The notes below the pieces were generated by a model, which was not told the DNA's origin, searched no databases, and saw nothing but the letters and a program-made list of their open reading frames with translations. From the NCBI GenBank assembly GCA_030037735.1, contig JASHQC010000056.1, positions 1,707 to 65,706 of the forward strand: DNA of 64,000 bases, given 5' to 3'. Origin of the DNA: Thermoplasmata archaeon. GTDB taxonomy: Archaea > Thermoplasmatota > Thermoplasmata > Lutacidiplasmatales > UBA184. Both the position numbers and the translations under genes were made by a program. How positions within the stretch are numbered: the first letter of the stretch is position 1; every line of letters begins with the position of its first letter. Below, piece after piece: positions 41,896 to 52,671 of this stretch.

Positions 41896-43187
41896 GCGCG
41901 CTCCACCTCCAGCTTCAGGAAATGGGTGGCGCAGGAGATGCACGGGTCATGGTTCCGGATAGCTCGCTCACACAGGGCGGTGAGGTGGGCATCGTCCAGC
42001 GCCAGCGAACGCTCGACGACGTGCCGCACGTCCTCTTCGATGCGCTTCTGGTTCTGCGCCGTCGGCGCGATGATCTCTGCAGCCTCGATCCGGCCGTCGG
42101 AAGCGAGCTGGTACCGGTGGAACAAGAGGCCCCGGGGGGCCTCGGTGGCGGCGGCTCCTACGCCGCCGTGGAACTCGCCGGTCGGTTCGACCCACGCGGT
42201 TTCGGGAGGGCGGTACACGGAGAGGAGGCGCAGCGCCTCTTCGCAGGCGTAGACCATCTCGATGCTCCGCACGAGGATGCTCCGGAACGGGTTCCGGACC
42301 ACCGGTTCCAAGCCCACCTCGCGAGCGATCGACTTCGCCCGGGGAGAGAGCTGCGAGCCATTCAGCGCGTACCGGGCGAGCGCTCCTACGAGGTAGGGAG
42401 TGCCTCCCTTGCGGACCGATTGGAGGGCATGCGTGTAGGCCACCGGCGCCCGCTCAAAGGCCTCGTCGAACCGGCTGGCCGACACCCGAACTCCTCGGCT
42501 CGAGACGATCTCCCCCTCGTTCATCGCATATTCTTCCGGATGCTGAAGCGCGACGAACTCGTAGTCCTCCTCCGCGTCGGGGAAAGGCAGGCCGGCGGCG
42601 AAGTGGACCGTCTCCTCGGCGATTTCGAGCGCGGACTCGAGCGTCGGCCGCAGGCTTTCCAGTTCCTCCCGGCTCGGCACGCGATAGAAACCGCCTACGC
42701 GCACATTGATGGGGTGGATCTCCCGGCCGCCCAGCATCTGCATGACGGCATTGCCGGCTTTCTTGAGGGCAAGGCCTCGTTTCACGGTCTCCGGGTCGTC
42801 CTTGGCCATCCGGACCGCGTCCGGGTATCCCAGGAAATCCGGGGTGTGCAGCAGGTACACGTGCAGCGCATGGCTCTCGATCCACTCGCCACAGTAGAAC
42901 AGCCGACGCAGCTCTCGCAGCGCGCCTCCGACCGAGATGCCGTAGGCCTGCTCCATCGCGTGGACGGCGCTCATCTGGTACGCCACCGGGCAGATGCCGC
43001 AGATCCGTGCCGTAATGTCCGGCGCCTCGGTGTACATCCGACCCCGTAAGAACGCCTCGAAGAACCGGGGCGGCTCGAAGATTCGGAGCTCGACGTGCTC
43101 GACCCGTCCGTCCTCGAGCTTAACGTGGAGCGAGCCCTCGCCTTCTACGCGGGTCAAGTAGTCCACCGCAATCGTGCGCTCGGTCAT
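41892..43187 (-). CDS. hydA: [NiFe]-hydrogenase large subunit, group 3b (sulfhydrogenase alpha)
   Basis: N-terminal [10 protein letters not shown] (RxCGxC) and C-terminal DPCISCATH (DPCxxCxxH) nickel ligands followed by a short cleavable tail. The true start [11 protein letters not shown].. at 43185-43187 overlaps the hydD stop by 4 nt; the listed 669-aa ORF has a spurious extension. Confidence 0.9.
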   Translation of the reverse strand: MTERTIAVDYLTRVEGEGSLHVKLEDGRVEHVELRIFEPPRFFEAFLRGRMYTEAPDITARICGICPVAYQMSAVHAMEQAYGISVGGALRELRRLFYCGEWIESHALHVYLLHTPDFLGYPDAVRMAKDDPETVKRGLALKKAGNAVMQMLGGREIHPINVRVGGFYRVPSREELESLRPTLESALEIAEETVHFAAGLPFPDAEEDYEFVALQHPEEYAMNEGEIVSSRGVRVSASRFDEAFERAPVAYTHALQSVRKGGTPYLVGALARYALNGSQLSPRAKSIAREVGLEPVVRNPFRSILVRSIEMVYACEEALRLLSVYRPPETAWVEPTGEFHGGVGAAATEAPRGLLFHRYQLASDGRIEAAEIIAPTAQNQKRIEEDVRHVVERSLALDDAHLTALCERAIRNHDPCISCATHFLKLEVERA

Positions 43188-43972
43188 CCGCCGGCTCCCT
43201 CTCCTCCCACCGAATCGCCGGCGGCCCGGAATGCCGGCGCGTCGGCGTTGTAGGTCCGGAACACTCGTCGCACCGCGTCGGGAGCCATGCCAAGGTACCC
43301 CAGGTTCCGGATCAGGGAGGCCGTGTTCGGGGAGTCCATCGGTCCAAAGCAGCCGTAGCATCCGCGGTGGTAGGCCGGGCAAATGGCGCCGCAGCCGGTC
43401 TGGGTTACCGGACCGAGGCAGGGAGTTCCCCGGGCCACCACTACGCAGACGTTCCCGCGGCGCTTGCACTCGACGCAGACGCTCTCCGTGGGCACGTTCG
43501 GTGCCCGACGGGTGAGGAAGGCCGACACGACCTCGAGGAGCTGCGCCTTGTTGATCGGGCAGCCGCGGAGTTCGAAATCGACGGCGACGTGGTCGCGGAT
43601 CGCCGTTGACGCGGCGAGCGTCGCGATGAAGTCCGGCCGCGCGTACACGACGCGCTGGAACTCCTCCACGTTGCCGAAGTTGCGGAGCGCCTGAATCCCC
43701 CCGGCCGTGGCGCAAGCGCCGATCGTGACGAGCGTGCGGGACTGGGCCCGGACCTCCCGGATGCGCGCGGCGTCCTCGGGCGTCGTGATCGAGCCCTCGA
43801 CCAGCGAGAGGTCGTACGGGCCTTCGACGACCGCCGAAGAGGCCTCGCGGAAGTTCGCAATCTCGACCGCGTTGGCGACCGCGAGCAACTCGTCCTCGCA
43901 ATCGAGCATCGTCAGCTGGCAGCCGTCGCAGGAGGCGAACTTCCAGACCGCCAACCGGGGGCGAGGCACCAT
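43184..43972 (-). CDS. hydD: [NiFe]-hydrogenase small subunit (sulfhydrogenase delta)
   Basis: [19 protein letters not shown].. N-terminus plus proximal and distal FeS cysteine clusters ([34 protein letters not shown]). Confidence 0.85.
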   Translation of the reverse strand: MVPRPRLAVWKFASCDGCQLTMLDCEDELLAVANAVEIANFREASSAVVEGPYDLSLVEGSITTPEDAARIREVRAQSRTLVTIGACATAGGIQALRNFGNVEEFQRVVYARPDFIATLAASTAIRDHVAVDFELRGCPINKAQLLEVVSAFLTRRAPNVPTESVCVECKRRGNVCVVVARGTPCLGPVTQTGCGAICPAYHRGCYGCFGPMDSPNTASLIRNLGYLGMAPDAVRRVFRTYNADAPAFRAAGDSVGGEGAGG

Positions 43973-43977
43973 CGGCT

Positions 43978-44841
43978 TCAGATCTCCCTCGCGGCCAGCC
44001 AGTCGCGCACGACGTCGTACCGGAAGACCGGGCCGTCCCGGCAGACGAACTCGGGACCGAACTGGCAGTGTCCGCAAATGCCCACGGCGCACTTCATATT
44101 GCGCTCCATCGAGATCCAGATGGAGGACCGGGGGATCCCGCGCGCCTCGAGGTCCCGCGCGGCGTACTTCATCATGATCTCCGGGCCGCAGAGGAAGGCG
44201 ATCGTGTTGCCGGGCTCAAATCGCACGTCCGGAATCCGGGCCGTCACGAGCCCAACGTCCCCGTACCAGCTCCGGTCCGCCGCATCGACCGTGACCTGGA
44301 ACCGGAGGTCGGACCGCTGTCGCCACTCCTGAATCTGGTCGTAATAGACCAGGTCCTTCGGCGTCCGCGCCCCGTAGACCACCTCGATGCGTCCGTACTG
44401 CGCGCGATGAGACAGGAAATGGTACAGGACCGGGCGCAAGGGCGGTAGCCCGAGACCCCCTGCCATCAGGACGACGTCTCGGCCCGCGGCAGCGTCGACG
44501 GGCCACCCGCGACCGTAAGGGCCCCGGACTCCCACGGCCTTGCCCGGCGGCAATTGGGCGAGCGCCGCGGTGATCCGTCCCGCATTGCGGACCGTGTGCA
44601 CGACCTGGGTGGAGTCCGTCGGGTCACCGCTCAGCGAGATCGCCGCTTCGCCGACCCCGAACACGTAGAGCATGTTGAATTGCCCCGGGAGGGCCGGAGG
44701 GACCGGCCCGCCATCCATCGGAGCGAGGACAAGGGTGTTCGTGTCCCCGGTTTCCGCCGTCTGGCGCCGCACGAAGTACGGTGCCGGCGCGAGCGGATGG
44801 GACGAGGGCGCGGGCGACGGAGAAGGGACATCAGAGGCCAT
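43978..44841 (-). CDS. hydG: sulfhydrogenase gamma subunit (FAD/NAD(P)-binding oxidoreductase with 2Fe-2S)
   Basis: Ferredoxin-NADP-reductase-like fold and C-terminal [12 protein letters not shown]; start ATG at 44839-44841 (MASDVPSP..). Confidence 0.8.
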   Translation of the reverse strand: MASDVPSPSPAPSSHPLAPAPYFVRRQTAETGDTNTLVLAPMDGGPVPPALPGQFNMLYVFGVGEAAISLSGDPTDSTQVVHTVRNAGRITAALAQLPPGKAVGVRGPYGRGWPVDAAAGRDVVLMAGGLGLPPLRPVLYHFLSHRAQYGRIEVVYGARTPKDLVYYDQIQEWRQRSDLRFQVTVDAADRSWYGDVGLVTARIPDVRFEPGNTIAFLCGPEIMMKYAARDLEARGIPRSSIWISMERNMKCAVGICGHCQFGPEFVCRDGPVFRYDVVRDWLAAREI

Positions 44842-45313
44842 GGATGTCCAACAACTGGATCTGGGTGTTCTCCAAACGCTGCGCAAGGATTGGCAGGAGC
44901 CGCACGAGGAACCGGTAGCCCTGCTCCGGATGGTTCGCGAGGGTCTGACGGAACTCGGTTCCATCGATTGCGAGCACTTGCGTCGGTTTCAGCGCCCGGG
45001 CGTCGAACCGCCACAGGTACGGAGGGACCAGCCACGACCACCCCAGGACCTCCCCGGGCCCGACGGTCTGAATCGTGAGGTGGGGCTTCTCCGCAGTGGC
45101 AACCTCGAGCGCAACCTTGCCATGAAATACGAGATAGAACCAGTGGGCCGGGTCGCCGTCGCGGACGAGCATCTCGCCCGTGTCGAATCGCCGCTCCTTG
45201 GCGAGCCGGGACGCTTCCCGCGTGAGTTGGGGATCCAGACCGATGAAGAACGGATGATCCGCCACTCGGAGCGGGGCCTCCGGTTCCGGGCGGCCATGCG
45301 GATCGCCGCTCAT
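44831..45313 (-). CDS. standalone cyclic-nucleotide-binding (CAP-family effector) domain protein, no HTH
   Basis: 160 aa from ATG 45311-45313, with the beta-roll cNMP-binding pattern (..FDTGEMLVRDGDPAHWFYLVFHGKVALEV....GPGEVLGW..). It sits between hydB and hydG with stop/start overlap at both ends (TGATG at the 5' end). Confidence 0.65.
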   Translation of the reverse strand: MSGDPHGRPEPEAPLRVADHPFFIGLDPQLTREASRLAKERRFDTGEMLVRDGDPAHWFYLVFHGKVALEVATAEKPHLTIQTVGPGEVLGWSWLVPPYLWRFDARALKPTQVLAIDGTEFRQTLANHPEQGYRFLVRLLPILAQRLENTQIQLLDIHGL

Positions 45314-46479
45314 CAATGTCCGCCTCCCGGCGTGGGAGCCGGTGGAGGCACCCGCAGCGCGGCGACTTCCTCGGTGATGTCGATGGCGACCGGGCACCAC
45401 GTGATGCACCGGCCACAGCCGACGCACCCGGAGGTCCCGAACTGGTCGTGCCAGCTCCCCAGCTTGTGCGTGAGCCACTGGCGGTACCGGGAGGACGAAC
45501 TGGCGCGGACCGGCGTGGCATGGAGCTTCGTGAACTCGAGGTTGAAACAGGAATCCCAGCGTCGCCACCGTTCGGTCTTCTCCGCATCGAGGCTGGGAAC
45601 CTCCTCGGTGGTGTGACAGAAACAGGTGGGACAGGCCATCGTGCAGTTCGTGCAGGAAAGACAGCGCTTGGCCACTCGCTCCCACCGAGGATGGTCCGGA
45701 TTCGAGAGGAGGAGGTCGCGGAGCCCCGTGGGATCCATCGACCGGCCCATCGAGGAGGCGGTGTGGGCCACGATGGCAGTGACCGTCCGGTCCGCCTCGT
45801 CTGTCGGGGGACGCAGCGGAACCGACCTCAAAACCGATCCCCCGGCCTCCGTGCCTACGGCGACGAGGAACTCGTGCCGGCCTTCTGTGAGGATTTCAGT
45901 GAGCGACAGGTCGTAATCGCTTGTGACGCCTGGGCCGGTTCCCATGGAAACGCAGAAACAGGTGCCGCCGGCTTGGCCACATTGGACGGCGACGCGGAGG
46001 ACCCGAGTTCGCCGGGCACTGTAGCTCGGGTCGGGGATTCCTCCCATGAACACCTTGTCCGTGATCTTCAGGGCCGCGAGCTCGCAGGCCCGCACCCCGA
46101 GGAACGCCAGCGGCGTCGGATCCGATGGCTCGGATATCACCGCGAACGTGGGGCCGTCCCGGGTCGCTGTCCAGAGCCGCTCATGCGACGGAAAGAGGTA
46201 CTTCTTCCAGCTGTGCGGCCCGACCACGTAACCGAAGAGCGCCTGGTCGGACCGGCGCTCGAGACGGTACCTGCCGGCGTCCTGGCGTTCGGTCCACCCG
46301 ATCGGCAAGTCGGACTCGGCCTGGATGTCGCCGTAGACGATCGCCCCGTCACGCACCGTCGGCCCGACGATCCGGTAACCCGCCGTACGAATCGAGGTGA
46401 GGAACGCGGAGAAATCTCTCCGGTCGAGAAGGAATCGGTCTCCGGCCGCCGGACTCGCCGCCGTCATCGAGCCCTCCAC
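45313..46479 (-). CDS. hydB: sulfhydrogenase beta subunit (FeS protein)
   Basis: CLSCTNCTMACPTCFC and CVGCGRCITWCP clusters, plus the RWDSCFN and SRYRQW motifs shared with P. furiosus HydB. Confidence 0.8.
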   Translation of the reverse strand: MEGSMTAASPAAGDRFLLDRRDFSAFLTSIRTAGYRIVGPTVRDGAIVYGDIQAESDLPIGWTERQDAGRYRLERRSDQALFGYVVGPHSWKKYLFPSHERLWTATRDGPTFAVISEPSDPTPLAFLGVRACELAALKITDKVFMGGIPDPSYSARRTRVLRVAVQCGQAGGTCFCVSMGTGPGVTSDYDLSLTEILTEGRHEFLVAVGTEAGGSVLRSVPLRPPTDEADRTVTAIVAHTASSMGRSMDPTGLRDLLLSNPDHPRWERVAKRCLSCTNCTMACPTCFCHTTEEVPSLDAEKTERWRRWDSCFNLEFTKLHATPVRASSSSRYRQWLTHKLGSWHDQFGTSGCVGCGRCITWCPVAIDITEEVAALRVPPPAPTPGGGH

Positions 46480-46590
46480 GCCCTCCCCGGATCGGGGGGC
46501 CGGGCGAGACAGAGGCTTACCGGATAATAGCCCCTCGCTGCTCCCACTGGCTGGGTGGGTGCGGGACGGCCCGGCCCCATCGCCGGAACC

Positions 46591-47481
46591 TCACGTGCCG
46601 CTCTCAAGACGGAGCAGACGCTGCCAGTCCGCGTTGACCTGCGCCTGCACCCGAGCCAGGTCCTCCGGAACGAGATGCGAGAACCGTCCCTGCGCCTGGA
46701 AATACTCGGTCACCGGTCGAAGCGATCCTCCTTTCCGGGTCACGTGATAGCGGCCCTCCTCGACTTCATAGAGCGGAAAGATGCCGCAGTCCGTCGCTTT
46801 CCTTCCGATCTCGATCGTCTGGTCCGACGGGTACCGCCAGCCGGGTGGGCAGGGGGTGAAGATGTGGAAGAACCGGGGGCCGCGCAGGGCCGCCGCTTTC
46901 TCCACCTTTCGGACGAAATCTTCCGGAAAGCTCGGGTTCACCGTGGCCGCGTAGACCGGCCGGTGCGCGAGGACGATTCCCATGACGTCCTTCTTCGGCT
47001 CCGCCTTCCCGCGCGCCCCGTCCCCGACGGGGGTCGTGGTGGTCCAGGCCCCAAGCGGGGTCGCCCCGCTGCGCTGAACCCCCGTGTTCATGTACGCTTC
47101 GTTGTCGTACATCGCGTAGATCGCGTTGGTGCGACGCTCGAGCATACCGCTCAGGGCCTGGAGGCCGATATCGGCCGTTCCGCCGTCCCCGGCGAATCCG
47201 AGTATATGCACGTCAGTAAGCCCCAAGGCGTCGGCCGCGGCGCGGAGGCCCGAGATCGACGCGCCGGTTGACTCAATCGGGTTGTCCAGCATCGCGACAC
47301 CTAACGCGGTCGTGGGGTAGGGCGTGGCAACGACCGTCCAGCAGCAGGCCGGCACCGACACGATCGTCCGGGGGCCCAGGCCCTTCAGCATGAGCCGCAT
47401 CGCGAGGGCAGGGGCGCACCCCGGACAGGCGGAGTGGCCCGAGTACATCAGCTCCGGGGCCGGAATCGTGAGTTTAACCAT
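46591..47481 (-). CDS. porB: 2-oxoacid:ferredoxin oxidoreductase beta subunit (TPP-binding)
   Basis: Cys ligands near the N-terminus (CPGC, C..C) and the GDG TPP motif (GFAGDGGTADIG). Confidence 0.8.
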   Translation of the reverse strand: MVKLTIPAPELMYSGHSACPGCAPALAMRLMLKGLGPRTIVSVPACCWTVVATPYPTTALGVAMLDNPIESTGASISGLRAAADALGLTDVHILGFAGDGGTADIGLQALSGMLERRTNAIYAMYDNEAYMNTGVQRSGATPLGAWTTTTPVGDGARGKAEPKKDVMGIVLAHRPVYAATVNPSFPEDFVRKVEKAAALRGPRFFHIFTPCPPGWRYPSDQTIEIGRKATDCGIFPLYEVEEGRYHVTRKGGSLRPVTEYFQAQGRFSHLVPEDLARVQAQVNADWQRLLRLESGT

Positions 47482-48658
47482 GGGCCACCTCCTCGGCCGG
47501 GGGCGGAAGGTCCATCCAGCGGGTTTCCGGACCTTTTCCGGCGAGCAACCGACCGAACATCTCGCGAATGTGGTTCGGCGTCACTTCCCTCCCTCCGATT
47601 CCCACTAGGAAACTGGACAACACCGGGTGATGGGAACTGCGGTAGAGGGCGGCCGCCACCTCCGTCGCGGCCGGACCGGCCGCGCCGAACGTGAAGGACC
47701 GGTCCACCACTCCGATGCGATCGGTCCGTCGGGCCAATTCCCGGAACTCCTCTGCCGGGAACGGTCGGAACAACCGCAGCTTAGCGAGTCCGACCTTGTT
47801 TCCCTCGGCGCGCATCTCATCGACAACCGTTCGGGCGGTCGTGGTCATCGTGCCCATTGTGACCAGCACCGCGTCCGCGTCGCCGGTGCGGTAGTGGGAT
47901 ACTGCTCCCCCGTGGGAGCGCCCCGTGAGCGATTGGTAATGCTGCTCGATCCGGTGGAATGCCTCGGGCACCCGTTCCATCGCCTTCGCGACCTCGCGGC
48001 GGAACTCGACGTACTCCTTCGGCCCGGTGAACGATCCGAGTCGGGCGGGCACGCCCGGCACGAGGACCGCCCGGGCGTCGCGAGCCGGCAGGAAGGAGTC
48101 CACCAACGAAGGGTCGGGGACCTCGACCGGCTCGACGGTGTGTGAGAGAAAGAACGCGTCCTCGGTGACCATGACGGGCAGGCGGATCGCCGGATCCTCG
48201 GCGAGACGGTAGGCCTGGAGCACCGTGTCCAGGACCTCCTGGTTGCTCTCCGCATAGAACTGGATCCAACCCGTGTCCCGCTGGGACATGGTGTCCGCGT
48301 GGTCTGCTCCCAGGGACCAGGGCGGAGCGACGGACCGGTTCACGACGCCCATGACGATTGGGGTCCGCATCCCAGCCGCCCAATGCAGGAGCTCGTGCAT
48401 CAGCAGCAGTCCCTGGCTCGACGTGGCGGTGTACGTGCGCGCCCCGAGCGCCGAGGCGCTGATGCAGACCTGCAGGGCGCTGTGCTCAGACTCCACCTTA
48501 ACGAACTGAGCGGGGAGCGTGCCGGCGGCGACGAAGTCCGCCAACTCCTCGACGATCGATGTTTGGGGGGTGATCGGATAAGCAGCGATTACTTGGACGC
48601 GGGCCCGGCACGCCGCGTAGGCCTGAGCGGAATTCCCGGACATCACCATCAGCGTCAT
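47474..48658 (-). CDS. porA: 2-oxoacid:ferredoxin oxidoreductase alpha subunit
   Basis: 394 aa with typical PorA/KorA sequence; start overlaps the porB start region. Confidence 0.8.
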   Translation of the reverse strand: MTLMVMSGNSAQAYAACRARVQVIAAYPITPQTSIVEELADFVAAGTLPAQFVKVESEHSALQVCISASALGARTYTATSSQGLLLMHELLHWAAGMRTPIVMGVVNRSVAPPWSLGADHADTMSQRDTGWIQFYAESNQEVLDTVLQAYRLAEDPAIRLPVMVTEDAFFLSHTVEPVEVPDPSLVDSFLPARDARAVLVPGVPARLGSFTGPKEYVEFRREVAKAMERVPEAFHRIEQHYQSLTGRSHGGAVSHYRTGDADAVLVTMGTMTTTARTVVDEMRAEGNKVGLAKLRLFRPFPAEEFRELARRTDRIGVVDRSFTFGAAGPAATEVAAALYRSSHHPVLSSFLVGIGGREVTPNHIREMFGRLLAGKGPETRWMDLPPPAEEVAHG

Positions 48659-48667
48659 CCAACCCTC

Positions 48668-49531
48668 CTATACCTCCTCCACCATCTCGATCACGCGCGG
48701 CGGGCACTCGACCACGCAGATTCCGCACCCCTTGCAGTACTCGTACCGGACCACGGGGTAGCCCTTCTCGTCGAACTGGAACGCGTCGTCCGGGCAGAAC
48801 TTCCAGCAGAAGTTGCACCGCGTGCAGTGCTCAAGATGGACGACCGGCCGCAGGGTCCGCCAAGCCGCAGTGTGGATGAGCTCGCTCGACAGGGTGGCCA
48901 TCGGTCCCTCGGGCAACTGCGGGGTGGGGCCCACGGCCCGAGGGACCGGTGGGGTGAAGGGCATGTTTGCCTCCACCATTCGTACAGCGTGATATCCGTC
49001 TTCGGCAGCGGCTCGGTTTTCCGCCTGCCGAGCCGGCACGAACTCCTCGATGGCTTGGTCGAGGGCGGTCATCGACACGACCCCCGAGGCAGCCACCAGC
49101 GCCCCCAAGACCGCAGTGTTCACGATCGGCATCGTCAAACTGCCCAGTCCATGGGCGACGGCGATCTGGTTGGCGTCGACCACCGCACGACGGGCCGGCA
49201 CCGGGATCATCAGCTCCTGAGCCGGGTTCCGAGTATTGACCAGCAGGAGTCCGTCCTCCTTGAGTCCGTCGGTGACCGGCTGCGTCCGGAGAAGGCTCGG
49301 CTCCAGCACGACGACGATGTCGGGGGTCGTGATCGACGTGCGGATGCCGAGCGGGTGGTCGTCGATCCGGGTGTACGCGGTGACCGGGGCCCCGCGTCGC
49401 TCGACGCCGAAGAAGGGGAAGCTTTGGGGCCTCTTGCCATCCAAGAACGCCGCCTGAGCGAGTAGCTCGGAAGCGACGACGGCGCCCTGGCCGCCACGCC
49501 CATGGAAGCGAATCTCTATCGTGGCCCCCAC
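48668..49531 (-). CDS. porGD: 2-oxoacid:ferredoxin oxidoreductase fused gamma-delta subunit (delta = 2x[4Fe-4S] ferredoxin)
   Basis: N-terminal gamma (GRGGQGAV..) fused to C-terminal [24 protein letters not shown]. Confidence 0.75.
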
Positions 49532-49723
49532 CCCGGTCTGTAAGCCCCGGGACGGCCCATTAAGTGACAGTCAGTCCGGATTGACCGGGCCGGCGGTACG
49601 CTCAGGAAGCAAGCGAGGGAGTTGGGCTCTCGGGGGCCCGGGCGGGTGGGGGCGAACGGGTGGAGGCGGCCGCGGAGTGAACCACAAGGAGGGGCCGGTC
49701 GGCATTCCCCTGCGGCTGGCGGC

Positions 49724-51367
49724 TCACTCGTTCTCGTCGCGCGAAGGCGATGGCACGTTCTTAACCGCGACGCGGCGGAATAGAGTGCGCTCGAGGATCT
49801 GAACCATGCCGGCGAGCGCGAGCGCCATGACCGCCGTCGCGAGGCCGAACGCCTGCTCATTTCCGGCGCCTACGTACGAGCGCTGATCGAGGATGAATCC
49901 CAGCGGGACGAGCAGCCCGGCCAAAGTCATCACGACCAGCGCCGAGGAACCATCCCAGAAATCGCTCGAAGACAGGGCCGGCCGGGCCGACGCAACGGGT
50001 GGGAGCGTCTTGGGTGCTGCGGCGGGCGAAGTGGGCATTTGTCCCGCGACTGGGGCCACCGCTAAGCGCGCCCGATATGTGCGCCGGTAGCGGAGATATA
50101 GGAACCCGATGACCAGACCTTCCACCACGGCGAGCGTCCCGAGATAGGACACGTACATCGAGAGGGGGATCGTCACTCCCGGCATGACCCCGCCCCAGAT
50201 GGTCATCAGGCCGAAGAACGAGAGAAGGTAGGTCGCCGTGAAGAGAACCACCGGCCGGTCGCGAGGATGGGTTCGGGGGTTCTTCAACCGGCGACTGGCG
50301 CGGCCGACCACGGTCTCGATCCAGGGGATGAACAGGATGAACACCGCGAGCAGGCCGACCAGGAGCACCGCGACGGTCGGCGTGACGTACTGGAAGTCGG
50401 CGACCTTGTAGAGCCAGAGGAAGTACCAGTCCGGCTCAGGTGATGCCCCTCCCTGGCCGGGGGCGCCGAACGCTGGCGGAAGCTTGACTAGGAACGCCGA
50501 CGCGATGAGCAGGAGGCAGCCAACGTAGACGAACCCCCACTTGAGCATGTAGAGGAAGACCCTGGGAAACCAGCTGCCGAGCTTCCGGTCATCGGAGGCG
50601 GTCAGCACCCGTTTCGCTTGAGGGTCGCTGCTCGCCCGGGGCCCGATCCCATGGGATTCGAACAAGGTCACGTGAACGTACAAGAGGGTCAGGAGTGCGA
50701 CCGGGATGAGCACGACGTGCAGGGCGAACATCCGCGAGAGAAGTCCCTGGAACGTCCCGTTACCTTGGATGAGCGGGTACGAGATCGGGCCGATGACCGG
50801 GACGGAGTGGACCAGCGCAAGCCCCACGTCCGTAGCGCCGACCGACAGTGCGGTGTAGGGAAGGAGATAGCCCGTGAATCCCATCCCGAGCATCAGGAAC
50901 AGTAGAATCGTCCCCAGCATCCACGAAACCTCCCGGGGCCGTTTGTACACCCCGGTGTAGAATCCACGGAAGAAGTGGACAAACGCGAGCATGATCACCG
51001 CATACGCGCCGTACAGGTGGCTGGAGAGCAGCAACCAGCCGAACGGGGCCGTTTGGATGATGTACAGTGTCGACGTCCACGCCTGGGGCAAGCCGCCCGT
51101 CGTGATGGACGCGGTCGACGGGTCGTAGTAGAACAGGAGGAGCAGTCCGGTGAGAACCTGGAGCATGAACCCGACCGCGACGAAGGCGCCGGTCCAATAC
51201 GACGGGTTGAAACTGAATTCCGGCTGGGGACGATACGGCCACTTGGAAATGTGGGTTCGGCTCTCGAGGAAGTTCCAGAGGGAATTCAAGGAGCGATTGT
51301 AGAGCGACGAAACCGGGCCCAGCGTCGGCGGCACCGGGTGAATCGTCCCCCCTTCGGTTTGCGCCAT
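49724..51367 (-). CDS. cytochrome b (bc-complex cytochrome b/b6-like, N- and C-terminal domains fused)
   Basis: 547 aa, multi-TM, with conserved heme-ligand His pairs (..HLYGAYAVIMLAFVHFFRG.., ..ALHVVLIPV..). Confidence 0.8.
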   Translation of the reverse strand: MAQTEGGTIHPVPPTLGPVSSLYNRSLNSLWNFLESRTHISKWPYRPQPEFSFNPSYWTGAFVAVGFMLQVLTGLLLLFYYDPSTASITTGGLPQAWTSTLYIIQTAPFGWLLLSSHLYGAYAVIMLAFVHFFRGFYTGVYKRPREVSWMLGTILLFLMLGMGFTGYLLPYTALSVGATDVGLALVHSVPVIGPISYPLIQGNGTFQGLLSRMFALHVVLIPVALLTLLYVHVTLFESHGIGPRASSDPQAKRVLTASDDRKLGSWFPRVFLYMLKWGFVYVGCLLLIASAFLVKLPPAFGAPGQGGASPEPDWYFLWLYKVADFQYVTPTVAVLLVGLLAVFILFIPWIETVVGRASRRLKNPRTHPRDRPVVLFTATYLLSFFGLMTIWGGVMPGVTIPLSMYVSYLGTLAVVEGLVIGFLYLRYRRTYRARLAVAPVAGQMPTSPAAAPKTLPPVASARPALSSSDFWDGSSALVVMTLAGLLVPLGFILDQRSYVGAGNEQAFGLATAVMALALAGMVQILERTLFRRVAVKNVPSPSRDENE

Positions 51368-51379
51368 CGAGTCCCTCCG

Positions 51380-52204
51380 CTAGACCGGGCACTGCTGGGT
51401 CGGCACCTGCGGAGCTTCGCACGTGACCGGATTGAAGACGACGTTCCCCCCGATGAGGGTCGAGGTGTGCCCCTTCACCGGAGGACCGATCACGTCCGAG
51501 GCGAACACCTGGTCGGTGGTCTGGTCCCACAGGAGAACGACCTGGGGAAGCGGCGACATGGTCGGACCCGTGATGATCGCGGCCCCGCCTCCCGGCGCCG
51601 ACACCGCAGGGTTGTATGTGGAGCCGTGGCAGACGCAATGGATGAACGCGGCGCCGTTGTTGAAGGTGCCACAGGCGCCCGGGGGATAGTACGAAATGAA
51701 CGGCGGGATGCAGCCCAGGTGCTGGCAGACCGCCGAGAACGCGACCAACGACTGGGTGGGGCCAATCCCTCCTGGAGCCGACGTCGGTAGGTTCAGCAGG
51801 ATGTTGGGTTCGTTATCCAATGGATAGTTGAACACGATCAGGTCCGTGGAGGTCGGAGGATAGCGATAGGTGGAGGCGAGTACGGGGGTCCCGTCCGAGT
51901 AAAGGAGCTGGACCCTCGGGTACGTCGCGGACCCCGCAGGAGGAGGGACGGCGAATCGAAGGAAGCTGGCCACCCCCGCGGTTCCCAGGGCGAGCATCCC
52001 CCCGATCAGTGCCAGCTTGAGCGTGCTGCGCTTGGCCTCGTCCACCTCCTCAGAACTGGGGGCGGGAATGGCGTCCAGCCGGCGCACGATCCCCGGCGGG
52101 AACCGCGTCGCCTCCCGTTGCGGGAGTCGAAAGAAGGAAGGGTGAGCCGAGGGACACAGCGCGCAGTCCGAATTTCCGAACGGCCCGCCCCCGAGTTCCA
52201 TCAT
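51380..52204 (-). CDS. Rieske [2Fe-2S] iron-sulfur protein
   Basis: CQHLGC..(~20)..CVCHGS Rieske boxes; start MMELGG at 52199-52204, with N-terminal TM; the listed ORF has a spurious extension. Confidence 0.8.
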   Translation of the reverse strand: MMELGGGPFGNSDCALCPSAHPSFFRLPQREATRFPPGIVRRLDAIPAPSSEEVDEAKRSTLKLALIGGMLALGTAGVASFLRFAVPPPAGSATYPRVQLLYSDGTPVLASTYRYPPTSTDLIVFNYPLDNEPNILLNLPTSAPGGIGPTQSLVAFSAVCQHLGCIPPFISYYPPGACGTFNNGAAFIHCVCHGSTYNPAVSAPGGGAAIITGPTMSPLPQVVLLWDQTTDQVFASDVIGPPVKGHTSTLIGGNVVFNPVTCEAPQVPTQQCPV

Positions 52205-52671
52205 TCTCCCTCCTCCACCGTCGGGGCCTCGGGCGCGTGATACGCTCGTCCGAGCTTCCGGTCCTCCTGGTACTCCTCCTCCTCTTCGGCAGTGACCGGC
52301 ACTTCCCGGGCCTCGCCGGGCAGTTCCGCTCGGTCGGAGTCCTTGAACACGTAGGCGACGATTCCGATTCCTGCCAGGAGGAACCCGACCTCGGTCAGAT
52401 TGAGGATGGCGACACAATTCCACTGGACGCCGAGAATGGACGGCCCCGACGTGGGGCAGAGATTATCGGGATTGGACCCGGACGGGTCGCCGCCGGAGCC
52501 GTTGCCGGCCGGCGGGGAAGAGGTGCTCAGAGAGAGCGTCGGACCCCTTTCGGGGGAGGGTGAAACCCCGGCCATCACCCCGAAGAGCGCCGGCGAGCAG
52601 AGACTGACCAGGAGCCCCCAGAGTAGGAGTGCCGGGAGCAGCGGCCGGCATTGCGCGCACCGGCGTTTCAT
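52201..52671 (-). CDS. small membrane protein (signal/TM, C-terminal TM plus acidic tail), hypothetical
   Basis: ORF co-oriented and overlapping (4 nt) within the Rieske-cytochrome b cluster. Confidence 0.4.
   Translation of the reverse strand: MKRRCAQCRPLLPALLLWGLLVSLCSPALFGVMAGVSPSPERGPTLSLSTSSPPAGNGSGGDPSGSNPDNLCPTSGPSILGVQWNCVAILNLTEVGFLLAGIGIVAYVFKDSDRAELPGEAREVPVTAEEEEEYQEDRKLGRAYHAPEAPTVEEGE

Noticed and set aside
41613-43049. 478-aa plus-strand ORF opposite hydA, and the 669-aa extended hydA ORF
   Set aside because: The plus ORF is antisense to a clearly conserved NiFe large subunit. The N-terminal 245 aa of the listed hydA ORF overlap hydD out of frame and lack homology; the real start is [11 protein letters not shown] at 43187.
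49532-49723. Possible ncRNA in the 190-nt G-rich gap between porGD and cytochrome b
   Set aside because: Only GC-rich, G-run-rich sequence (gggtgggggcgaacgggtggaggcgg) with no clear structure or conservation signal; most simply the promoter/5' region of the por operon.
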